Assembly: GCA_973895155.1 (NCBI GenBank)
Contig: OZ316894.1
Location: forward strand, 1,216,953-1,280,952
Direction: 5' to 3'
DNA length: 64,000 bases
DNA from: Marsupella aquatica
Taxonomy: Eukaryota > Plantae > Marchantiophyta
In this document: piece by piece, positions 1-12,512 of the stretch
Layout of the letters: each line of letters begins with the position of its first letter
How positions within the stretch are numbered: the first letter of the stretch is position 1
Made by a program: the position numbers and the translations under genes
Notes under the pieces: model-generated
What the model was told of the DNA's origin: nothing
Seen by the model: only the letters and a program-made list of their open reading frames with translations
Database searches by the model: none

Positions 1-300
1 TGGCACATCACGTGCGACAAAGTATAGGCCCATTTAAATGGGTGTGGCGGAAGACTTCCAAAGTTTGGTGGAAGAGCACATAGGGCATGTTTTATTGACT
101 AGTCGACTTTAAAGAACACATAGGCCTACTTAATTGTAAGAAATACTTTCTTTAAAGTTTTTAGGGATTTTTTAGTAAAAGATGACAAAATTTAAAGAAA
201 TTAAGGGTTTTGCAAAAAAATAGTTTTCACTTATAAGTTAGGGGGTCAAACCCTAAAATTTTGCACGTGATGTATGGCCCTCCATATAGTGAAACCCGCC
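1..300. mobile_element. Partial MITE copy (left end outside the window), same family as 1394-1689
   Basis: TGGCACATCACGTGCGAC (1-18) matches TGGCATATCACGTGCGAC (1419-1436). The right end CCATATAGTGAAACCC (~282-297) matches CCATATAGTGAGACCCCC (~1669-1686). Confidence 0.65.
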
Positions 301-1393
301 CCCCCCCCCAATGGTGGTTGTAGCAAATTATTTTGCATTCCAACTTTGGTATCCTATTTACTTTTAAGTTACCCCCAAGGTAATTAAATAGGGGGGAAGG
401 TAATAAAATTTGCATGATTCTACCCACTTGACTTCAAAAGTAGATTGCCTTTTTTCAGACCTTGTTTTGAAGATTTGTTTTCAGTGTTGGATACCTACAC
501 TAGCTTGTGGGCTACGTTGTGGTGTTGGTCTATGATTTTGTTGAGAAATCATTTACTCAATGAGATGTACTTCTTTGTACTCATACAACCAATGTTGTAG
601 AGTATCAACAATTCCAAGCAGAAGAAATAAAGGAAGAAATTTGGACCTAGGTCTGGAGTGTTCATGGAAGAAGAATTGGATCTCGGAGGTAGATCGGGAC
701 TTGATCAACATGTCAAGATTGTGGAGAAGATCAACTCAACTCGAATTGTTGGTGGGATTATTGGGCATGACACATTTATAGTTATAGGTGATGTGGACAA
801 AGAGCCCTTAGAATTGGCCAAGTTCAAACTTTGTTGTGAGTTTTGTGTTGTAAACCTGACATTGATTCCAAAACAATGCAATTTGGAATGCAATTTGGAA
901 ACCCATGCCTGAGGCCTCATTCATCTTAATTATGTCATAAGAAGTCAAAAGCCTGCTAGGGGCAACCCAGTGCATAGTGGTCAGCCTGGAAGACCTTGTG
1001 CACCAAATGGAAGGGATGTCAAACAACATACACTACTTGGGTTCTTAACTCACCCTCAAGTGGAGGAGCTTCCAGTTCTAGTTCAAAAGACAAAGTTCTT
1101 TGCTGGGGTCTCTAGCTTGATGTGGTGAAATATGGTTTGGATACCAGGCCTGTCAAGGAAATCTTAAATGACCAGCTTAAATTAGATGGTGACTGGTATG
1201 GAGAGCCCATAGTGAAGGTAGAGGTGTGGTGTTTGACAACTCAGGAAAGCTGTGTGATCTCTAGTTTATTTAGACACAAAGATTGTAGACTAATATCAGA
1301 CCTTGGTGGTGGATTTGTAGACTTGACCTATTTGTAATGTTTTAGCATAAAAACAGAGTAGGATTTCAACTCACGGTTTATAGGGAGTACAAA

Positions 1394-1689
1394 CTCGGGG
1401 GTTTCACTTCCACAAAAATGGCATATCACGTGCGACGAAGGATAGGGTCATTTTATTGGTTCTAAGGGAAGACTTAAGAATTTTTGTAGAAGAACAATAG
1501 GGTCTTTTAAATTCAATTTTGAGACTTATAAGAACATTAAGGTCTTTTTATCCAATTTTGGAATATTCCAAGAATATTCCAACTTTATAGGGGTTACAAA
1601 ATAATAATTTTTTTCTTACATTCTAGGGGGTCCGAGGCCTAAAAACGTCGTAGGTGATGGGGAGGTCCCCATATAGTGAGACCCCCAAG
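1394..1689. mobile_element. Complete MITE with 15-bp TIRs and an 8-bp (possibly 9-bp) TSD
   Basis: Left TIR CTCGGGGGTTTCACT and right TIR AGTGAGACCCCCAAG (2 mismatches). AGTACAAA is duplicated at 1386-1393 and 1690-1697. Confidence 0.8.
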
Positions 1690-4600
1690 AGTACAAAGCT
1701 CTTGAAAAAGAGGTTCTAGAACAACTAGTAAGAGTTGGTGCTTAGATTATTTGACTATTCCAGAGGTTTAGTACCTAGCTAAAAGTTGTTGGAGCCAAAT
1801 TGCAGAGAGAGCAAAAATTGCAGAGAATCTTGAATCATACGTTGCTCATGCAAAAGCTCTGGTCCCGAGTATTAGTGAAGTGTGTCTTCACTATTAGGAA
1901 CCAAACAAGGCAACTGTGTTGAAATTCTGTCACTTAATAATATTGACACACAAACAAGGTGTCTTTGGTGGGAGTCTAGCTAGGAGTTGTACAGGATATG
2001 TTGTCAGACATAGCACAGAACATCAATAATGATACCATTTTAAGCCTGGAACAAAGCTTCCTTGTCAAACATTGTTTTTACATGGTGGAAGGTGTGTAGT
2101 TGATTGTCTTGCAATGGAATTGGTCTTACTATCAACACCCTTCAATTGAACAGGAGAGGTATGACAGTGTTTTGTGTTGGAAGTTTGTAGAGCAATATTT
2201 CAATTTGTTGTGACAATGTTTTCCAAACTGAAAGCTTGAGCATATATACATGGACCTATATATTCCATGCTTTTTGGCAAAGGAGGAGACTTGTGTGAAG
2301 AGGACTTTGTGAGGTGACTACTCATTGCCTCCTCTTGCTCTGGTCATTCTTTCAGTTCAGGATTTTTTTGTGGTACACACAAAAACTAAACACCTAACTA
2401 ATGAAGAGCCTACTTGCTATTGGTTGCAAATGGCTGCCTGAACACGATAATCTTATTGTAGGGCAGAAAATGACCATGAGTGTAGCATTGGCTTGGAGAT
2501 TCTGGTGGGGGAAGGAGAAGTTTGCTTCAAGAACATTGCAGATCTTGTTGCAGATGCTTTTGACAATTATATTTGAGCACACCTAGCAAGATGTTTGATA
2601 GTAATTGCCCTTGTTGCCAGACTTCCCCAATTGCGCATGTTGGGGATGGGCACATGTATCAAGTTTGATGCTCCATGGGTCTGGCAACAATTGAGTATCG
2701 TAGCATCACTATGGACTACTCATTGCCTAGAGTCAGTGGGGCCCCTACTAGGTCATGCCAACAATCATGGGGATGTACGGAGGGAAGCTTATGCTGGAGG
2801 ACTACTCTGGAAGAGGGAGACCAAGGCCAAGACAAGACTTGAGGTGGGAAGCTTGGCAATTGACCCGCTCAATAACCACTGCTGGACCATTGATCCATGC
2901 TTATGGGCTGCATGATCAAGATTTTATTCATAATGGGAAGAAGTTAAGTGAACCCATTGGATTCTACTTCTTACGTTTTGAAATTAGGAGCATAAATGGC
3001 AAACCTGAGTCACATCATTCCTTGTAACAAATTGTACCTGAACACCCACCCTCGCACCCACCTGAACAATGATCATGCCTGGCTTGAATGAAGAGGAAGA
3101 GTCAAGGAAAGATCTAAGCAAAATTGTGCTAGTGCACAATGACTCTATAGCCACAAAGTACAATCCTCCTTGTGAACATGGTGATCGAGATGGTGATGCA
3201 AGAGTTGAACAAACTCTTGGGACAGAAGTTTACACTATCTGACTATGTGCAGGAATATATGTGGACTACATTGACATATTTTTGAATACAAGTCTACGGA
3301 TTGAACAATGGACTTCATACTATGGCGTCAATGGTGCTTTCATGGAAACCATGCAGTGGGAGGGAATACACAACCAATAAGTTTCACAAAAATTTGCATC
3401 CCTATGCAAAGTTTTTTTGACATTTAGATGTCAATCCATTTGTGGTCCTTCTGGAAATCCAATTCAAGGACAATTTCCAACATCTTCCAGTGCCATTGCA
3501 TTTGACTTGGTCAAACGCTTGTAAGCAGATCTTTTTTGTTGTAGGAGGCATGAATGGTCTGATATGTGCAAGGAAGAGCCACAAGAAACATGGAATGAAA
3601 CTTACTGTAATTCCAACATGGAATACTATAGCAGATCAAATGGACTATATAGGGATTGAAACAAATGGAGAAATAGTGATGGGTCTGCAAGAAGGTTTTT
3701 AGCTTGCCCATAATGCATGCACTAAGTTGCAAATGAACCCTTCTACATCTTGCAGGGACATGTCAGGGTGTTCCCCATGGAAAATGGAGGAGAAAATGGG
3801 TCAAGTTTGGTAGTTGTTGCAATGGGAATGTGGATACATTAGTAGATTGACGGGATGTGGAGAAATCTCACAAAGGTGAATCAAGCCCATGAGCTTGCAT
3901 CCTCATCAGCTCCTACAAAATATGCAGAAGAGGACTCTGAGTACTTGATATATTGAGCGGCCAAACAAGATGTGGATCCAATAGTAGAATACCCAATTGG
4001 TCAATTTACAAAGTACCTTGGTCAGCCAGTTGACCCTCAACCCTCTCCTTAGTAAATACCGATTGACCCGTATAAAGCAAAATCATTAGTTCAATAATCT
4101 AGTGGACAAACACACATGTTAGGACAGGTGCTCAAACCATGTTTGTTACAGTTGGTTCAGAGTGTGGAGTATTGTTTACGGATGTTACATGCAATATTTT
4201 AGAAACTAGAAGTTGAGAGACACTTTCACAAACATTGAGAGGGAAAGGATGAGAAAAGAGAGGTGACAGTAGATCAAAGGGCTCTTTTCCAAATGCCAAG
4301 ATGCCAGGAGGCACAACTGTGGCAATGTCTTCAATTATAACACCACAATATATATGGTGGATAGGCAAAATACAAAGCATACACAAAAAATACGATGATA
4401 AACTAGATAGAGCGAGAGGTGAATTTGATTTGCTTGATAGGCCTAGTAGTGAGGAGTATGTAAAATCATGTTCCAATAGCTTCCTCCAATTGGAAACACC
4501 AAACATAAATTTGCCTACAATGTGTGTTCCATAGTTGATTGATTTGGACTGTCATATTAGCAGTCCACTTGACAGTTGATCCATTGTACCTAAGAGTCTT

Positions 4601-5627
4601 CTAATTGCATCCAGATGAAGTAATTGTTCTCAATAATTTTGCTAAAAACAAAATTATGTAATCTCCTACAATAGGGTAAGCAATTGTCAACGTTATTGCA
4701 TTTACTTTTTCTTAAGTATATATGACTACTGTGAAGGGATTCTGAGGTGGGTTTGATAAGGTGTTTGATTTTTCAATCAATTGTTTGATTGCATAGATGA
4801 CAAGAAATTACTACACTATATCTAAGTAACAATTTTGGCCAAAGAATATATGGTATTAGGCTTCATATTTCTCAATAGTCATATTTTTATATTATGAGTA
4901 GAATAGTTTATTAAAGAGTGATTTGGTGGATTAGTTTTAGCAAAAAGAGATGAAACCTGCCAAGAACCTTACATATTGCTTGCTGCTAATGGCTGGTGTT
5001 GATGACGTGTTGTGCTAGGATGAAGAGAAAATAATTAGCAATTAATATTAGAGTTTACATATTTTATTGCATGTTCAATAACTCCTCCATGCAAGGGATA
5101 TAGTACAACATAATAGTCCCTTTGAATAATGAAATATATTCTCTATTGCTACTGTAGTTGCTTTAGTTCTAGTTTTGTTGACCTATTTGAGATCTATAAG
5201 TACCAAAGATACATACAATGAAAACTATTCGATAATGCTAGTTTTGTTGACCCATCTACCGTATGACATACAGATTCCTGGTGCAAAGGAAAACTTCTAT
5301 TCATAAATTATGTATGTGCTAATATGGAAAGTTTGTCTGATACTTACAGTCCAAAAAATGCAAGGGTGTTTTCAATTCTCTGAAAAACTCTATTATAAGT
5401 TGAAAGGGTAAAAGTTAATGGTAAAAATATATTTTTATGTTAACAAGACAGTTTTTTAGGGTGAGGCAAGAATATTATAGCTTAAAAAAATTTAAAAAGT
5501 AAAGTCACAATGCAGTGCACAGGGTTGATCTTAGTGTGTGGATAGGAATTATATGTGTTACCTTGGGCTTACTTTGGTCCATCCAAGAGAGGGTCAAATA
5601 AATTGATATATATATCACTCTGACTGT

Positions 5628-5880
5628 TGTTAGGTAGTGCTAGATCGGGTGCTAGGTAAAGTAATACTTCTCAAAAGTACTACAGAAAGAACTAGTGACT
5701 TAGCTAGTCAGTGAAACTTAGGCTTATTGTTACAGAGTTAGTTAGGACATAAGAGAGCTTAGTCGGTGGACACTTGATATGACCGATGGGCTTATAGTTC
5801 AGTAAGTGCTCTTGTGTATATTTGTGGATGTAACCTCTGGTGAGGTAACAAAGTATCTCATGTGTCAACTACTTATGTTT
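5628..5880 (+). mobile_element. Degenerate LTR fragment related to the solo LTR at 45948
   Basis: Starts TGTTAGG and contains GTGGATGTAACC...TGTGTCAACTAC, which resembles GTGGACGTAGCC...TGTGTCGACTAC in the 45948 LTR. Confidence 0.45.
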
Positions 5881-6957
5881 TTGTTGGATGTTGCACATGT
5901 GCAATGCTGTGTTATGAGTAAACTAAGGTTGTTTACTCAATAGTTTGGGTGTTTCCATCATACGAATATGAGAAAATAGAGTTTCAAAGCCATGCAAGGA
6001 AGGTTGGTGACAAATTGATAGGATGGTGACTTATTTGTATTCCCTTTGAGATCAAATCTGGACCATACAATGAATGGAAATGGCTGTGGTTATCTTTACA
6101 ATAACTTGGGGGCCCATTCACTGATGGTGTCTATCCATCCTACCTGGGAAGTCGTGGGCCCATGGAAATGCAGATGCAGAGTGCTTATTTATTTAGAATT
6201 TTAGTCCACCTCTAGAGGTGGAGGTGGTCCAAAGATTTCCAAACTTGATTCTTTAGAGGTGGTCCAAACATTCAAACCTTTGACTCTTTCATTCAAGGGG
6301 GTTTGCATTTATTAAATTTTTTTCAGAAAGAGTTTGGGTCTAGAGTCTATCTTTAGAACAAAAATTGACCTCCAAATTTGCTTTGGTGAAAAAACCGACA
6401 AGTGCCCCACTTGTAATAGCATCTCCAACCCAGTGGGTTTTGGATAATGCAAAGAGTAGATACCTAGTCTGACAAAGCCCTCTTTTAGTTTAATGTCCCT
6501 GGTTATCATGGCCTACTGAAACTCAACCTCTACCATAGATTAAAATATTGAAAACCCAGTACCGAAGCCTGTGGAAAGTCAGCCTACTGTGTATTGTTTT
6601 CCATATGAAGATCCACTAAAAATAAGAAAACCCAGTCCTTGAAAACCGGATAGAGTTACAAAGTCAGCCAATATATATTGTTTTCCATACACATGTGCAC
6701 TATAGGGCTTTTGGGCTCTTTGGTCTTCTTGGATTTCTTTTCTGTGTTTTCCCTCCTTGATGGGTTCGTTGTCTTTGGTATCCTGTCTCCTAGTAAAGCT
6801 CCTTTTATTCTTTGCAATGTTTTATATCCAGATCCAGATATAAATAAATGAAACCCAACCGTTGAAAATAGGGCCTGACGTTTTGCATTTAGTTTACCTT
6901 GTTTTTGGTCAATACCCATACCGAGAGTATCCTGGTAAGACTCCCTTTTGTTCTTGC

Positions 6958-7021
6958 ATTAGTTTAGTTTAGTTTAGTTTAGTTTAGTTTAGTTTAGTTT
7001 AGTTTAGTTTAGTTTAGTTTA
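6958..7021. repeat. (TTTAG)n pentanucleotide microsatellite, about 12 units
   Basis: Perfect AGTTT run seen directly. Confidence 0.95.
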
Positions 7022-7054
7022 ACACCCAGCCCTTGAAGACAGGACCTGATTTCT

Positions 7055-7630
7055 AATATTTTGTTGACTGGCTTAACTCAATACCCCCTTACAATACCCA
7101 AGTCGAGTAGGGAGTTTTGGTATTTTGTTGTCTGGGTTACTTAGTTCAATACCCAAGTCGAGTAGGAGGTATTCTATGTTGCGAGCAAACAGGAGATTTG
7201 ATAGTGAGGAGATTTTGATAGCAAGACAAGGAGATTTTGATAGCGAGGAGATTTTGATAGCGAGACAATAATGGTTCCAAATTTCAGTTTTTGGTGCCTT
7301 TTACAATTTTGGTGTTTTTTAGAGACTCCAGATGGCTAGCTAGCTCACTAGCAAAAAGGGAGTCCCCAAAAGGGATGTTCCCAACCAGGTAGTTGATAGC
7401 GAGGTAGTTGCATGTAAAGAGGGGTCATGCAGGAATGTTTTTTGCTTGTGCGAGGACAAAATTTACTGTTTGCTTGCACTTTACAATTACCAGTCGAGTA
7501 GGGGAGTTTTGGTATTTTGTTGACTGGGTTACTTAGTTCAATACCCCTTACATCACCCAAATCGAGTTGAAACTTTGTGTGTTTTGTTGGGTTAGTTCAA
7601 TATCCCCTTACAGTACCCAAATTTAGTAGG
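7055..7630. repeat. Cluster of local direct repeats (probable non-autonomous element)
   Basis: Recurrent CAATACCCAAGTCGAGTAGG, GAGTTTTGGTATTTTGTTG(A/T)CTGGGTTACTTAGTTCAATACCC (7111 and 7503) and GGAGATTTTGATAG units. Confidence 0.6.
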
Positions 7631-8905
7631 ATTGAAGATTCTCTAAAGCCACCCTCAATAGTCTAGGATTGCCTAGACCCTGCTCCTAGGGGAGACCATG
7701 GGATCAGGTGGCCTCACATGGAATAACAATTATATAAGAATACTTTTGCCCAAGAGGAGGGTTGGTAGAAGGGACCAGTTGTGCCCATCAAATTGTCGTC
7801 TAGGTCCTTCTTGGGGAGGGGTTTCCTCCCAGGTTGGCAGCACCCACCTCCTGCTAAGAAAAATCAGTGCTTCTTGAAGAATAAAAATACTGGCAATAAA
7901 TTGTGTATTCTGAAACCGCGTGGGTGTAAAATAATGCTAGTGAGTGGACATGGAGTCATCAATGCCCTGGCCAAAACTATATTCCAAGAGGAGAGAGGAG
8001 ATGGTGGGAGATCTCTCCTCCACAACTCATTCCCTCCTCTCCCCAGAGAAGAGCCACACAATGCTGTAAATTCCAGAGCAAATGCTAGTATGTTAGAGCT
8101 CCTGATATGGAGGAAAGGGGAGGGGAGGAGAGCCGTGTCGAGAGGGAGATCTTGAAGGAATCAGTCTCGAAGGAAGTGTGTTTTCAATTTGTGTGAAGGG
8201 TCTTGAGAATCTTCGAGATGTGGGTCAAATGTCGCCAGAAAGCCGGCAGCTGCAGTAGCTGCAGCAGCTAGGACCACTGTCGTCAGCTCGAGGGTATGCT
8301 CGCTTTATGTCCAACGTGCATCCTTTCTACAGTAGTGGATGGATCATTGTTCAGTGAGATTTCAGAGAGTCTCAAGAAACAGTGCCTCAGCTGCTGCTGT
8401 TGGAGTTCCCGCAGTTGGGGTTCCAATACGTTGTCCTTGCCCTGGCTGGCTGGCTGATTGTCTGGCTGGCGGATTGTCTGGCTGGCGGGGCGGATGCAGC
8501 CCTTTTGCTGCAACGGTGAATCTGAGAATTGAGCGAGAGGAGACACCGCACCAAAACGTCGTTATGGGGATAAGTTGTTGCTTTGGGTTGGGGCAGAGCT
8601 GCTTCTTCTTCCCTGTATGCGTTGCAATCTATGCTGCTCCTTGCAGTGGGGGCCGTCGATCTCGATGAGCTTTCCTTTCAGACGTTCTGCCTTCTGATTG
8701 CAATGTGTGGTGCACTGGTGGTGCGGTATTGGGTTGAACTGTGGGTGAGATGCATGTGCCCAGTGGGCTGGTGACCCAGTTGGCGTTGCGGAGCCCGTGT
8801 TCCAGGGAGCGCAGTGGTGGTGGTGGTGGTCTCTAGTGGTTGGTCTTCTTCTACTGCTAATTCCCCATTTGACATCGATTGCAAAGAGAAGGAGAGCTGT
8901 TCGAG

Positions 8906-11900
8906 ATGAGGGCCTCCAAAGTTTTCGATGGCTGTCGTTGGAGGCCTCCGACAGGTATGACAATCTAGAGCGCATTGTTGAGCCCTCTTTTCCGTTTTTG
9001 TGATGTGGGTATCATTCCGCTCTCAAGGTGAAGCTCACATGGCGCTGAAATCCCTTGTAACGCGTACCGCGTGCAATAAATGCAGAATGACATTGCTAAC
9101 AACAGTGTCGTATGTCCATCTCTTCAGAGTTGACTTTGTGCTTTCTTGTAGTACAGTGATATCTCGGCTACAGAGAGCGATTAAAGACATTTACATCCTT
9201 CCATCGCATCCCTTTTCTTGTCTAGTCGCTGGATTGGACTACAGGATTGAATGGCTTAGTGGATTGAAGTATACGGACCTGCTTTTCACTGCTGGGATTG
9301 ATGCGATATGAAGGCTTACTTATCAGAATTAGGAGGGTGGTATCATTGTGCAACTTTGTCTGTGAGAGTGCTCGTTGCAGTCCTCTGTTCTAGTCGTACG
9401 ACCCTGAATGGTTTGTATGAACTGGGTTCCTATGGAGACAAATTCAGCTGATTTTGGAGTGTTTTCGTCGTTGGCCTTTAGCAAATGTTAGTCTGTGAGC
9501 TCACCACATCATCCCACATGAATCTAGAGGTGGCAGAGATGAACCTCAATCTTAATCGGGAACTTCGATATCGGATACTAAATCCCGATCGCCTGCTTGC
9601 CAAGTCTGAAATATTGATCCAATGCTCGACTTCCATTCTTAATGATTGGAACTTTCCTCAAGATCAGCAACTGAGTTTCCCCGAGGGGACTTTCGATCCA
9701 CGATAACTTGGCCCTCCAGATTACCCGCTAGCTGGCTCATCTTAGAAACAAATTCCTTGGACGAATGTCTATATTAAGTATTTTTATACAACGGATATTG
9801 CCCAACAAATTGGCTTAGCTTGTAGCTGTTGAAGAGTCACTCAGTTGCCCTACCTAAGGATGTCCACGACCAGCAAGTCAAATAGAAATATGAAACGTGT
9901 TAAAAAAACTCAAAACGTGACTTTGGGTAAGGACAATTGATGTTCACATCACGGTTCATTGATCTACAGCCACGAAATCTCTTCGGTCACATCATCTCAA
10001 ATGCTTCACAAACAAGCTTTACACTAAGAAATGGTCAGAGGGCTTCAGTGTTCCAGGTCAGCACCCATCTTGACAATTGGTTTTTTTCCTTCTTTTTCCC
10101 AATGGTTGGCAGTCTTTAGATTGGCTGCCTAGAGTCGACAATCCAGTAACCTGATTCAAATTCAACCTAGAGATATGCACATTACATTCTCAAGTCGCCA
10201 AGAGATTCAGCATGTCCTCTTTACGGTACACATTCCTAGATTGGAAACTCCTCCTCGTCCACCTCTAATATTTCCCAGTTGCCGAGTGGAGACTCCTCTT
10301 CATCCACTTCAGATCATTTGCGTTCATACTTCCCTTCATACAATTGAATTCCTCGATTGTAAACTTCTCTTCATCCACCTCAAATTCTATCGTTCATCGA
10401 TGGGAACCTTCTCTTCGCTTGCCTCAAATGCTTATCACTCATCGAGAGCAAATTTCTCTTCATCAACCTCAAATGCCTTTCTCGCTCGTTTTAGCTTCTG
10501 ATTTATGGCCAGAAGCTCCTTCAAACGAGCAAACTTCCGCGAATCCTTGCGAACCAGAAACATTATGCCTGCCGTCGTGAGCTTGCCTCTCCTGTATGCC
10601 ACTTCTTTTGCTTTCTGGATCATGTCTGTGATATAGTCCAGCAGTATGTCCTCTTCCAGAAATACCGTCTCTGGCAGGGCATTAGGGTCGTCTCCAAACC
10701 TATACATTCATCAACTACAGGTCTTTACTGAAGAGTCCGCGTTAGAGTATCTCACGTGCTATGCTTTTTGAAGTGTAGCAGATGTGTGTAAGGATATCCA
10801 GTGGTGAGTGGAAGGTGGCAAGAGGAACTGTAACCCACGATTCGCAAATTGGAAGTTTGCGAATATAACTTGGATCGGAAGAACGTTTGCAAGGTCAAAG
10901 ATACTCTGCATACTTGCCTAACATCCATAAAGCTACTTGCACCGCGACGGATTTTATGCTTTTCGAAAACTGATGCCACCACTTGAACTGTGATTGACTC
11001 GGAACTTGACCTTCACCTTCAGCGCTTCGTGTCGATAAAATACAGCGCCAACAATTTTTTGAAAGAATAGCACGCAGAATGCCTGACGTTTCGTAGTATA
11101 TCTTGTAAAACCAGTACTTATTGCGGTTTGTTGACAGGGCAGTAGCACCAGCATTGTGACTACGGCCAGGTTGAAATCATAGTGAATCACCAAAATATTG
11201 CTTGATACAAATTAGACGATTATTGCAATTCTACATACCCAGTAGTCAATAGTCCGTTGTTTAAGAACACATTGCGGTTTGACATTTTTTGACACTGCTT
11301 CATTTATTGCACTGAATAGTTGTCAATTCTGCAATACATGTTTGTACGTGGAATGGGGACAGCAGGATCTAAGCTCCGTTTGCACCTAATAAGAGAAATG
11401 TCTGCATCTTGCTGAAGAAGCCCTTCCTCTCCTCGGTGGTTTGTTTTGCAGATGTAGGGCCTGAAGTTTGGTTCACCAATCAATTGGCAAGACTGCTATT
11501 CTTCCACGTTCTCAGAAAAGATGGATCTGTGAACTACCGGCTGTTGGACTTCGTGACCAAGAAGGTTCCTGCCAAAAAGAAGTCCAAGAATGGAGTCTAC
11601 ACGGTAGATATCATCATCGATTCTTCAACTCGAGTGTGGTGCCGAGTTTTTGTGCCCACCTGGGTCGACCCAGATAAGAAGCTGCCAATCATGATATACT
11701 TCCATGGTGGAGGATTTGCGCTCTTCAGCCCTGACCTGAAAGAATATGATTCTCATTGCCGTCATCTGTCCAAAATGTTTGAAGTAGTCGTCATCTCTGT
11801 CTCATATCGCCTTTCCCCGGAGCACAAGGACCCAGCAGCTTACGAGGATGGTTTCATGGCCTTGGAGTGGGTGAGATCTCAAGTCAATGAGCCCACCGAG

Positions 11901-12512
11901 GATTTTCCTTCTGAAATTGCTGACTTCTCACGGGTCTTCCTTGCTGGAGACAGTGCTGGGGGTAATCTTGCCCACCACGTTGCAGTCAAAGCCGCAGCTA
12001 GTGACCTTTCCCCAATCTCTCTCGCTGGAATCATTCTTATCCAGCCGTTCTTTGGAGGAGTAGAAAGGACTGTGTCTGAAATTCAGTACAAAAATGGTAC
12101 GCTTAATAAGCTGAATGAAATGGATTGGTACTGGAGAGCATTCTTGCCGTCTGAGGCTGATAGAGATCATCCTTCCTCTAATGTCTGTGGGCCCAAATCG
12201 CCCGCTTTTCTCCCTATGAATCTACCCAAAATGCTTGTGATTGTTGGAGGGAAAGACCCTTTGAGAGATCGGCAGATTCAGTATGCTGAAGCAATGCAAT
12301 CAGCTGGTAAGGAATGTAAGCTAGTGATTTATGAGAAGGCTTTTCATGGCTTCTACATATTCAGACATGTCAAGGCTACTACTCTCCTTTATGATGAGAT
12401 TGAGGAGTTTGTAAATCCTCCAACGGAAGGCCGTAAGAGTGTGGCCGGTACTGTCAATGGCACTCCTCGGGCGAGCGGTGCCTCTTTCCTCGAGAGAATC
12501 ATGAGCTGGTAA
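8906..12512 (+). CDS. GID1-like/CXE carboxylesterase (HSL-family alpha/beta hydrolase), 2 exons: 8906-8954 and 11452-12512
   Basis: Motifs YFHGGGF, SVSYRLSPEH, AAYEDG, FLAGDSAGGNLAHHVA, WYWRAFLP, DRDHP, GKDPLRD and AFHGFY. Exon 1 MRASKVFDGCRWRPPT ends in ACAG|GTATGA in phase 1, matching the phase-1 acceptor TTTTGCAG|AT at 11451. An in-frame stop at 8834 precedes the ATG. Exon 1 is less certain than exon 2. Confidence 0.85.
10236..10478 (-). repeat. About 5 degenerate ~45-bp tandem copies of the TAF13 C-terminal segment (FEVDEEKF-like)
   Basis: Minus strand reads TTTGAGGTTGATGAAGAGAAATTT, TTTGAGGCAAGCGAAGAGAAGGTT, TTTGAGGTGGATGAAGAGAAGTTT, CTGAAGTGGATGAAGAGGAG and GAGGTGGACGAGGAGGAGTTT. Confidence 0.75.
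10435..10743 (-). pseudogene. TAF13: Processed TAF13 (TFIID subunit 13) pseudogene inside the CXE intron
   Basis: RGLFSKDL*LM/MYRFGDDPNALPETV...RRGKL...LVRKDSRKFARLKELL...LKRARKAFEVDE matches the TAF13 family. It has no introns, a TAG at 10715-10717 and a +1 frameshift just before MYRFGD. Confidence 0.85.

Larger units (their letters stand above)
420..6200 (+). mobile_element. Heavily decayed transposon-like coding relic, possibly carrying a Ulp1/C48 peptidase remnant
   Basis: Long stretch of coding-like frames broken by stops. Near 5925-6100 the fragments VVY/LNSLG and NGNGCGYLY resemble the Ulp1 motifs YLDSL and QxNGxDCG. It is interrupted by a MITE and an LTR fragment. Confidence 0.3.

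Noticed and set aside
6958-7021. Interstitial telomeric repeat
   Set aside because: The unit is TTTAG and lacks the GGG of the plant TTTAGGG repeat. It is an ordinary microsatellite.
10583-10601. miR160-like sequence TGCCTCTCCTGTATGCCA
   Set aside because: It is only a gapped partial match, lies within the TAF13 copy, and has no hairpin partner.
11409-12512. True GID1 gibberellin receptor, or a single-exon gene starting at 11409
   Set aside because: The catalytic His is retained (AFHGF) and the motif is GDSAGG. Position 11409 is a TTG within the intron's 3' end.
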